In this document: piece after piece, positions 1 through 9,559 of the stretch
Position numbering within the stretch: position 1 is the first letter of the stretch
Layout of the letters: each line of letters starts with the position of its first letter
From: Anthoceros angustus
Taxonomy: Eukaryota; Plantae; Anthocerotophyta
DNA: 26,158 nt
Reading direction: 5' to 3'
NCBI GenBank assembly: GCA_010909165.1
Contig: VJWM01000381.1
Location: 1-26,158 of the forward strand
Position numbers and translations under genes: made by a program
The notes under the pieces: generated by a model
What the model saw: the letters and a program-made list of their open reading frames with translations, nothing else
Database searches by the model: none
Told to the model about the DNA's origin: nothing

Positions 1-1854
1 CATGCAAGTGAGCAATAGAAGGCTTCCTCCTAACCAGCATTCCTCCGTGTCATATCCTCTAGTGATGCACTTGCACTTCTATTAGTTAGGTAGACAGTTG
101 TATGGCTTCCCCAAAACTCATAGCCCAATTGTTGATGATGAAGCATGCTCCTAGCACATTCTACCAAAGTTCTATTTTTCCTTTCCGCAACTCCATTTTG
201 CTGAGGAGTGTAAGGGCGAAAATTGTTGCATGATTCCGTGCTCCTTGCAAAAGTTTCAAAATCCTTGGACATATACTCACCTCCATTGTCACTCCTTAAA
301 ACTTTTATCTTTCTACCAATTTGATTCTCCACAAGTGCTTTATACTCCTTGAACTTGGATAAACAGGCATCCTTGGATTTGAGGAAGTAAACCTTGGTAT
401 ACCTTGACTTGTCATCTGTGAAAGTGAGGAAATACTTGGCCCTCCTAGAGATGTGGTCTTCATGGGGCCACAAATGTCGAGTGAATCAAATCTAGCACAT
501 GGTTAGCTCTACTTCCTCCCTTTGGAAATGGAAATCGATGTTGCTTTCCCATCATGCAACCTCTACAAATACCTATATCTTCCTCCTCTCCAAGCTCAAG
601 TCCTCTTTCTTTTTCTTTCCATGAGCTTGATGTTTTGAACTCCAAGATGTCCCAATCTTTGGTGCCACAATAGTAGCTTGTTGTTGTGCTCTTGTACCAC
701 ATTTGCCTCCATTCTTGAGCTTGGCACCACTCCCACTTAAACAATACATCTTTCCAACCTTCACTCCTTGTGCTCTCACTTCTTCTTTTGCATTCGTGAA
801 GGTCACTCCAGCTTCCTCAAATCTCACTCTCAACCCTTGAGAGGTAGCCGCTAACGGAGAAGAGGTTTTTGCTCAGGCTGGCACATAGAGGACCTTCTTT
901 AACATCCCGAATAGGCCCTTTAGGAGTGGTCATGGTTAGAAATACAACTCCTTCTCCCTCACATTTTTCGAATTATCACCCAAGTAAATGTTAGTTGCAG
1001 GAGTGGGTTTGAAAGAGTGAAACCATTCACGCCTATTGGTCATATGCTCCGAAGCTCCTGAATCGATATACCACCTGTCAGCTTCATTTGAGTGGTGATG
1101 TGTACTCACAAAGGCCTCATCAAAGTCTTCACATTGCTTTGAGGTCTTGCTTTCGTCCCTTTGCTTCTTGAAACAGTTCCTGTAATGTGTCCAACCTTGC
1201 CATGGTTGCAAGTTATGTTGGACCTTCTATATCCTCCTACAGATTGAGAAGGACCTTCCCTAGCTTGATGGAACTTGAGTGTTCTTCCGAGGCTTTTGGC
1301 CACAAAAGCTGATTCCTCATATATCTTCCCTTTCTCTTCTTTTTGTCTCTTCATAGAGTGCTCACAAGAATCTCAAAAGTCAAAGTCTCTATTCTTGACT
1401 CCAAAGCCACGATCAAGTTGTTGTATGACTCTGGAAGACTTGCAAGAAGAGTCATCACCAAGTCATCATCGACGGGGCTCCAACAGCTGTTGTGACAAAC
1501 TCCTCACTTTGTCTACATGCTCAATGACACATCATTCTCACCCATTTGAAGAGTGAAGAACCTTCTCCTCAAAACAAGCGGTTCACAAGGCTCTTGTTCT
1601 CATAGCGCCTCCAGCTTTTGCCAAGCTTCCCTTGCAGTCTTACAAGAAGTCACATGCATTAGTTGTGCATCTTCCAAATTGAAGCAAATGGTTGCAAAAG
1701 CTTTTGCATTCTCGTCCCACTTGGATTGTCGCTCCACTTCTATAGGCGTTCTGTTCGACACTATCCCCACAAGCCTTTCTCGACATCGCATCTTGAACTT
1801 CCACAAGTTGAAGTTGTTACCACCAAATTTGGAAATGACTTGTAGTGTCACCAT
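1..1854 (-). pseudogene. Frameshifted copia gag-pol (gag, CCHC knuckle, aspartic protease, pre-integrase, rve integrase)
   Basis: ORF pieces: gag N-terminus KFGGNNFNLWKFKM (1854-1600); knuckle CNHGKVGHI (~1215-1185); protease WYIDSGASEHM (~1075-1040); CRGCMMGKQHRFPF (~570-525); integrase YFLTFTDDKSRY, VLRSDNGGEY and PYTPQQNGVAERKNRTL (473-30). Confidence 0.95.
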
Positions 1855-1864
1855 GCCTTGGTGT

Positions 1865-1878
1865 GTGGGCCCATAACC
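1865..1878 (-). promoter_or_regulatory. Primer-binding site complementary to the anticodon arm of initiator tRNA-Met (half-tRNA priming)
   Basis: The minus strand reads ...CTCAACA|GGTTATGGGCCCAC, directly abutting the LTR end. The plus strand GTGGGCCCATAACC matches the plant tRNA-iMet anticodon-arm sequence as I recall it. The gag ATG is at 1854. Confidence 0.9.
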
Positions 1879-2197
1879 TGTTGAGATTGGAAGCTAGCCA
1901 TGCTTCAAGAGGGTCAAGTGTCAAGAAAGCAAGTGTTCAGAATTGCAAAACTAAGACCACCTAAACGAGGCCTTAAAACACAAATGAAGAGCAACTTTGA
2001 GCAAACAACACAAAGACAATAGTCAAAGAGCTGAACCTACTATAGCTAGCTGGTCTCACCCCTTTTAAAACCCTAAAAAGTGTCACTCACGTTTCCTACT
2101 CAATATGGGGTATATGTTTCCCATTTACCCACTTCTATATACTTATAGTAAGCTCAATCACCTACATCTTTTACGCATAGTCATATCCATCTTAACA
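1879..2197 (-). repeat. 5' LTR of the copia element (~319 bp)
   Basis: TG...CA termini with imperfect inverted ends (TGTTGAGATTGG at 1879, CCATCTTAACA ending at 2197). AT-rich, non-coding and adjacent to the PBS. The 2197 boundary is inferred because the partner LTR is outside the window. Confidence 0.75.
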
Positions 2198-3083
2198 AAC
2201 TCAGTAAGCTGCATCCTCAATAAGTGCTATATATAACAAAGCCCCAAGAGTTTGATGCGGTGCCCTACTAGGAACTAGGTGGGTATGTCACGCTTTTGGT
2301 AACATATATCTCGTCCTATTGTTACATTATAATGTCCATTTATAGCAGTTGGTTGGTCCCCGAGCCAGTAGCGATACAATTAAATTGTTAGAAGGCGATT
2401 CGTTGTAATGATTGGTTGAGCGAGGTTGGGCACAGGGTTGGTGAGCATGGATTAGGCGGGATTGGTTTGCCGTTCGACATGAAGGGGCGTGCGCTATGTG
2501 CACAAGCCACATTCATGCGCCACCCTGATGCGGGCTGTGGACCGTGGATGCCCTTTATGGATGCCACACATCGCCTTTCGATTTCTTCACAGGTGTTTGG
2601 CTTCTCGACAAATGTCATTTCGTAGGTATTATAAAGCCACTTATTTTGCCCATCCGTACACGTTATTTATCGTGAAAACATATTGATGTATTTGTATGTA
2701 TGAGGATTGTATGTTTTTGCATATTTGGCATACACCATCTAGAACAAAAGCATTAATTCCAGAGCATTTGTAAATCGTTGTATCATGTTTTATGGCCAGC
2801 ACTGAAGGCTAATGCACCATAAGCCATATGCATATGGCTATCTAATCGTACTCGCGAGCGGGGTATTTGACGGCTTTGTCGCTCCGGATGCGTTTGCGGC
2901 CTTTGGCCTTTTCTGCTCGCGACCTTCTACACACGATCGGTGCTTGCGTTTCGCCGTCTTTCTGGTGCATGATCCGGCTTTGCGAGGATGGTTCTCCCGC
3001 ATCGGACACCAAACAACGGATGATGCATACCAAAACAAGAAAGTGACCAATCTGAACACCAATCTTACACAAGCGATGACCGC

Positions 3084-3850
3084 TTGCTTTTCCCCTTACG
3101 TCTTTCCTTTGGAAGCTGCCACAGCCCTATTACTACTTCCATATGTGGGGCCACCCCTTTCCTCGGCAATTTCCCTTCCCCTTGGTTTTGGGTCTCACGA
3201 CCTCGGTTCTTCACTGGAATTGTGCACTTTCGGCGTCAAGATCACTCCCATCATCAGCCTACCTCCATCTCCTGTCTTCCTCATGACCCTCCTCTTCCTC
3301 GTCTCGGCTTCCCCTCGTTCTCATCCTCCTATGTTTTCCCTTCCCCCTCAAGCTCCTCTTCGATCCTCCATGCATGGAACTTGTAGATCCATCCTTCTTC
3401 CCACAACAGCCATCTTGGTTAGGCCCTCCATCCCTTGAGTCTTGCCTTTGCGGCTAGTTGAGCTTTGGAAAAAGTTGCCATGTTGTGAAGTTCAACCCGT
3501 GCCCATGTAAGCACCTCTTGCCATACCTTGTCATCCACCATGGGTGGCTTGAATTTTGAGGACTGTTTCCCTTTGTTTCCTCTAAGGCACAAGCCTTGGT
3601 GTCTACATCTGTTGGTTGACTCCTTGTATGTTGGCTAAAAATGGGCACCCTGCCCTTCATCAAGTCCAGGAAGCTGTGCCATCTTAATGTCTTCCTCCTT
3701 GACTTTGACAATTCGCTCCACCTACACGGTATCTTGTTGGTAGCCTTTGTCGAATGAGTTCAAGAATTCCTTGTGTCTTGGGTATCAAGCCCGAATAGCA
3801 ACTCATTCACCTTGCCAACGCCTCGCCCCTCCTTCCACTTCCTCATCCCG
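3084..3850 (-). pseudogene. Fragment of a Ty3/gypsy (Athila/Tat-type) extra ORF
   Basis: Frame-hopping translation gives KEFLNSFDKG...ITV..G.IVKVKEEDIKMAQLPGL followed by an E/K/R-rich tract. This resembles the 'EF..SF...V.G..I...LP' pattern of plant gypsy additional ORFs. Confidence 0.4.
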
Positions 3851-5870
3851 GGAGGTTTGCGTTGCCAGGTGCCATGGGCTGGGCCGCTCTCGAACCCACA
3901 TTCCATGTTTTCTCACCAAACCATGGCGTGCGTGTTGTCCATGTGGTCAACAAGCGAAGGTGGCCCATTTTACCCAATGATGCGTAGCCTTGATTGCCCA
4001 GCAACAAAGCTCCGACCCCAAGCATTATGCAATGCGGCCGCCACGGCGGTCAGGTGGAGACGGATCGCGCATTTCCTTGACCTCCTGCGAATCCACGCCG
4101 TCGGGTGGGTAGGGTGAAGTGTTGCGGGCGTTCAAACTTCCGCCGTCTTCGCCTCGGATGACAGTTGCATTGCCATTTGCCCGATAGTCCAGCGTCGGAA
4201 ATCGGGTACTGCGAGCCCGGCATCGATTGTCATGGGCTTTGGATCGGACACTCGCTTGGAATGAGGCGGATCGCGTGGTCTTCGTGTCATTGTGGGAACT
4301 CCATGGTGATCGGTGTATCCCCCACTCGCGTGCAAGTCGGTGTGCGGAGATGGGAGGTTGAATTCCTCAAGGCCGCCACCGCCATGTTCACCATTCCTCA
4401 TGTTGCGACCACCTTTAGTGACTTAGTCGCCAACCATGTGGCTTACCGCCTAATTGGGTCGGAAGTATGGAAGGCGTCGGTTCGGACGAGACCATCCGTT
4501 TTGGTTTCTTCGCCACGTTGTTGAAATGACTTGCACCGAGGAAAATTGGTCCATGGTAGAGCCATCCGTACTCCCGCGGTGGTGCGGAGATCTGCCGATA
4601 AGATTTGAGTGAAGTTGTGATGGCATGTGATAAATGTTACGCCTTTCAAATGACCTGCACAAAACCCCATGCACCGCTTCGCATGCGACGGTAGCGATGG
4701 TAGTCAAGACACGGCATTTGAGCGGTGGCGTGCATGTCTTACACTTCAAGTAATCTCTTGTTATGGCATAACGGGTTCCGTTAATTCTGACCACACGCGT
4801 TCTGATTTCCATTGAGGACATTTAAATCTCTATTTTAGTTTCATTCCTATAGCGAAATTCACACAACTCATATAACATATACTTTGCAGGGAGGCAAATG
4901 CCTTCCCACGAATAGTGTCAAAGCAAAAAGGTCACCGGCAACCTTTGGCATGGCTTTCGGAGTTGCGATCATCGCCAAGCACCCAATCTACAATCTCAAA
5001 AGCAACTTCACATTCCAAATTGGATCCAATTCTCATGCATGTATGGACAATTCTTTTCTTCTAGCCTCAAAGCTCCTAGTCATTCTGTTGTTTCTTCAAC
5101 CCGGTGTGCATGGCGAGGCGTGTCGATTCCGTAGAGGCGGCTCGAAAACCCTAGCATCCCACAATCCGAGCGATATTAGCCAATGTAAATGCCTCTTTCC
5201 GTCCATATATATGAATACATTGGACTCCATTTCACCCACAGATCCCGGGCTTGATTATTCCCATTCGCATATGGCGGTCGTTGGCAACTCCAGCCTCATG
5301 AACAATTGTCTTGCCTCACACGCAGCGCAAGTAGGTGGTTACGGCGTCTTCATGCTAACCGTTGGCGCCCAAAGCGCTGGGGCGTCGCGGTCCTTCACCC
5401 GCGCATTGCACTTTCACTCTGTCCGATTGAACCCTCATGGAGGACCACGACCTTTGTTCGGCTACGGGTCATTCATAAGCGCTGGAGGGTCGTTTCGTCG
5501 GCTCGGAGCCATGTATGGATGAGGCGGGCGTCTTGCACATACGTGATGATGAAGTTGATGCCCAGAACATGTCGGAGGCGTGGTGTCACATTCGTGCAGC
5601 AGGCGTGCCCGGCGCAACTTTGAGCAGCGTGCGGCTTGCATCATCTCATTGTCATGTCACGCATTCTTGTCAGCACCCAACATATCATCAATAGCGACAT
5701 TTAGGCCCGACCATCCAACATGCGTGGTGTCACATTCCTTTCGCGGCGGCCTCTCCGGACAAAGTACATGACTCAAGTGCACGAATGCGCGGTTGTCACG
5801 ACATTCAATATGTCATTCATGGTTACCGCCCATATATATAGCATGACATATATAGGCGTGAACCCATCAA

Positions 5871-6118
5871 CCAAGGAACTTCCTCTCATGCCATCACCAT
5901 GTCCCCACGACATGGTTTGTGCAAAAATACCATGGTCCAAGGAACAAGGTACATACACAAATGCATAATTTCCGCTCTATGGAATCATGACATCCCCATG
6001 TTCCAAGGAGCATGGTATGGAAATATCATGGTTCAAGGACATGGTATCTTGTTGAAAAGACCATGTTCCAAGGACACCGCCTCTCCTCAAACATGGTATA
6101 TAGCCTTGTATGGAACAT
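5871..6118. repeat. Array of degenerate 22-bp palindromes, consensus ACCATGTTCCAAGGAACATGGT; probable CACTA subterminal repeats
   Basis: Copies at 5896-5916, 5929-5950, 5995-6016, 6025-6045 and 6060-6076, with half-sites at 5871-5879, 6091-6097 and 6112-6118. Confidence 0.75.
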
Positions 6119-6849
6119 TAAAATGGAAAGCCGCGTTCTCTCAGGACGGTGACAGCGAGCGGGAATATTTCCATGCACTTCACACTTGTCGAAGTGGCGA
6201 CCATGAGTCCATCCTCGTCATGCGCACTGTCATAATTGCAGCCTTTCTCGGGATATAAGGCTTCCATTTAGCCTCCTCCCTCCACCCTTTGCCCTCTGGT
6301 TTTACGCATTGAAGACTACGGTCGATTCTGCGCCTTGGATTTCTGAGCCTTGCATTCACCGGCCATATTGTCTTTGCGGGCTCGATCTTTCTTTATCTTA
6401 TGGTTTGGGCGGCTTTGCGGTGTCGTGTAATGGGCATGGCGGAGGATGGAAGCGGATCTGACCAATTTCTTGCGAGGTGGAGGTACCATAAGCGTGGGCG
6501 GGCGCATGGGCACCGCCCGCTTCCACCACCCAACTTCCGCGATGAAGGCAGCGCGGCGATGGCTTGCAACTGCGGTCGAGGTTTTGGATGCGCGGGCGTG
6601 TCTTTGGAGGTGGGTCATTGTTGCTAGATATTACACATTGGATGGACTGGTGCGGATCTCCCCCCATTGCGGAATGGTTTGGAGAAAGCGGCATGGTGGG
6701 TCCTATACTCGGTCCGAGAGCGTTGCGGCGATAACACGCCTTAGGCGGTGAGTGTTCCAATGTCAAGTCGCCTCTTGACCGCGCTAAGGTTGCCTAAGGT
6801 TGCCTTTTTTTGTATGGAAACCCATGTTCATACGAAGTGTTCCAACTCA

Positions 6850-8060
6850 AGTCGCATAAGAAGAAAATTCTATGAAGTCATTATTGTCGACTCGCTCTCC
6901 CTCCACTCCACCAGCGGCGTGACGCAAAGCCGGCCTCTATTCTCACCGTGCTTTAGCATGGAATATGCATTGTGTAACATGTGGCCATATGAAAGTGTCA
7001 ACTCCATCGCAACATATGCGTGCCTTCCGGTGAACGAGATCAAATCCACCGTAAGTTTCGCGAATGGATTGGGATCTCCCTTGGATTACACTCAAACCAC
7101 TTGACCTTAAGGACCATTGGCTCGAATCCGCACCTGCACTCGAATTATTTGCTACATTGCCATAGTATGTCCATTGTGCGTCTCCCCATGACATACTTTG
7201 TCACCTCACAGGTGGCGCGGGTCTTCGTCTGGGTGCGTGGTGGCTACCATTGCTCCACATGTGCCTATAAGTAGTCGAAATAGAAGGCCCATCCATTATG
7301 GCAACATCAGTGATCATAAGTGATGACTCCCACCTTCCGAATCCCGGCCTTGAACCCGGAAAGATTGCACCTTCATCACCATCATCCATGACCTCTTCGT
7401 TGTAAAGGCAGAAGGGTCAAGAACCATCGTGTGTCTCAACACAAAATTGTGGACTGGTGGAGCTCCGGCGTGGTGAACTTGTATGGCTTGCCCATTCCTA
7501 GCAGTTCACCGTCGCGTCGTCATCTTTCTCACCGTAAATATGGGCTTTGCGGATGATGTCGCGAAGGTAAGCCTTTGCAAACATAATGACCTCCTCTCGA
7601 ACATACCCTCGCCATGCTTCCCTCGGTTTCTTTGCGTTGTCGGATGTCTTCCTTCCTCCTTCCTAGATATCTTTCAACCGGATACATCCATGAGCAGGGG
7701 CCAAGAAGTGCGACCTCATCCACAAGATGAATAATGAGGTGGGTGGAAATATCAAACAATTTAGGTGGGAATTCCCTCTCCAAGTCGCACATGACTTTGA
7801 TGCACTGCATTCTTCCCACCTCATGCCACAGATTCTCGCTGGCATATCCACCGATAAAGTTTGCTCAACCCGCCACCGCCTTGTACACATCTCGGTTTAA
7901 TTCTTCCCTTAAAACAATTGGGAAGTATATTTCCATTAGTACATGCCAATCGTGTGCTTTTAAACTCCCACTTTGCACGAAGCTAGCTTATTTCGATGTT
8001 AGAAGCATATCCGATTGGGTAGTTTGATTGCATTCCTTCAAAACCTTCTTGCCACGGTCA
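6850..8060 (-). pseudogene. CACTA (En/Spm) TnpD/Tnp2-like transposase, C-terminal part (DUF4218 + DUF4216), frameshifted
   Basis: Motifs GYASNI (~8015), LKAHDWHVLMEIYFPIVL (~7965-7910), MCDLEREFPPKLFDISTHLIIHLVDEVALLGP..WMYPVERYL (7819-7660), YYGNV and GGFDLV...DTFIWPHVTQCIF (7194-6943). Confidence 0.9.
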
Positions 8061-8419
8061 TCTCAGGCATGGAGCGTGAGAAAGCAACATCGAGGAGTTG
8101 AGGAGGCGAGGGTTGTTCGGCCCGTCGCTTGTGGTGGTTCAAATATTTATCATATTGGAGGATATGCGAGTGGGCCGCGGAAGGATGTGATGCGTTGAAA
8201 GAAACAATCGGAGACTATCGGCACACTCTAACGGGAGAAAGGATGACTTGAAATCCGGTTGGACATGGAAGAATATGGTGGGAAGCTTGACTTGTGGCCT
8301 CGTGGATAGGGACCAATATACTCGGTATGTGTTATCGTCTCGGGACTTGGGTGAGATTGAATGCGTGTGGCCGTGAGCGCCTTCCACTTCACCATTGTAC
8401 ATATTCAAATGAAGGCGGG

Positions 8420-9535
8420 CGTGGGAGGGAAAACCGGGGCTCAAGTGGCTTCCCCCTCTAAGCGGCACTTATCACTTCATCATTACCTTGGGTTTCGTCC
8501 CTTGAGACTTGTGTGAAAGTTCGAGGCCTTGTGATGCGATCGCTACTGAGACACACTTCTCGACCTTCTAAGCAAGCAAGGCGCCCTCTACTCTCCCTCT
8601 TGGCGGTGCACCACTTGCTTGAAAAATCACCAATCCTCGACCTACAACAACACAATTCGAGGTCACCTTAGCGGAGGAGCCTATCACGGCGCCGAGGGAC
8701 CACAGTCCACGCAATTTTCCCTACTTCTAAGACCACTCTTCTCCACTCGGGGAGCGCTCTTTTACTTGATTTGGGATTCGTCCCTTAGGCTCATGGCCTT
8801 CCACTAACACCTACACTCTAATCTCTACTCATCTCCTCATCCTCTTCCTCCTATTCTAACCTCGATTCGGGCTTCTTGGCTTGACTCGCCCTTACGGCAC
8901 AGCTGGCTGGGTCGGCCTCCACCGCAAGTTCTTCCTTGGGCGGTTGCTGAGTTTGACACAGACGAGAACCTCCGAGTCTTTCCAGTCTACCCTCAAGCCG
9001 AGTTCCACAGGCATTGCCACACACCCAAAGCAAAGCAATTTCACCAACCATTCACAAGGGAGCAACTCGTTTAGGCACTTCCTCCACCAAGCACTCAGAA
9101 CCACGCGACTTCCTCTCTACCAGACTGCGTTGGCTCACGGCCGCACGAAATTCCTTTACAAGGCAAAGGACTCGCGTATGGGCATAAGACATGATACTTT
9201 ACTTTGTGAAATCCTCCTCCTCTTATAGGAGGCCTTCCATACAACCTCCCTTAGGTGACCCTCTGCAGGTCACCTTTTCCAATTTTCTATTATTTCCTAC
9301 ATGACATTTAAGGCGGCACCTAAGTCTATTATCGATTGGTAAATTCTATTCTAGCAACTTCACCTAAGTCATCCTTAAGGATGTCGATTTACACCTATCC
9401 TTTCTATTCTTCCCTAGCATTTATGGTCTTTGACCATATCTAGTCTTCACCTCTTGGGTAGTGGCCCGTTGTGGATTGGCTCCCTCGCCCTCCTTTTGCT
9501 CCCTCCTTGTCTTCCTAATGTGTGGGGCAAGTACA
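8420..9535 (-). repeat. LTR of a Ty3/gypsy-type element (probable 3' LTR, ~1.1 kb)
   Basis: 8420-8790 aligns with 12734-13101 and 23607-23984 (shared GACTTGTGTGAAAGTTCGAGGCCTT, AATCACCAATCCTCGACCTACA and CTAAGACCACTCTTCTCC). Minus-strand TATA-like CCTATAAGAGG at 9229-9219. The candidate start TGTAC at 9535 is preceded by a purine tract. The 9535 boundary is tentative. Confidence 0.7.
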
Positions 9536-9552
9536 ATCTTGCCCCTTCCTCC
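9536..9552 (-). other. Candidate polypurine tract
   Basis: The minus strand reads GGAGGAAGGGGCAAGAT immediately before TG at 9535. Confidence 0.5.
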
Positions 9553-9559
9553 ATCTCGC

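Larger units (their letters stand above)
1..2197 (-). mobile_element. Ty1/copia LTR retrotransposon, 5' portion (continues beyond the left window edge)
   Basis: On the minus strand the order is LTR, PBS, gag, zinc knuckle, protease, GAG-pre-integrase, integrase. This is the copia domain order, with INT directly after PR. Confidence 0.95.

Noticed and set aside
1865-1878. tRNA-Met gene
   Set aside because: Only 14 nt match and there is no cloverleaf; it is a retrotransposon PBS.
2812-3438. 208-aa plus-strand hydrophobic ORF as a membrane protein
   Set aside because: It is largely the antisense reading of a purine-rich minus-strand TE ORF and spans an apparent junction between two elements. 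No known motif.
4884-5522. 212-aa plus-strand ORF as a host gene
   Set aside because: It starts at a non-ATG codon, has no recognisable domain or exon structure, and lies among TE fragments.
5871-6118. CRISPR-like repeat-spacer array
   Set aside because: The repeats are degenerate, the spacers are short and irregular (about 8-44 bp), there are no cas genes, and the context is eukaryotic TE sequence.
8184-8205. GATGTGATGCGTTGAAAGAAAC resembling the TnpD motif DVMHVEKN on the plus strand
   Set aside because: It needs indels to fit, lies opposite to the adjacent transposase, and has no supporting flanking motifs.
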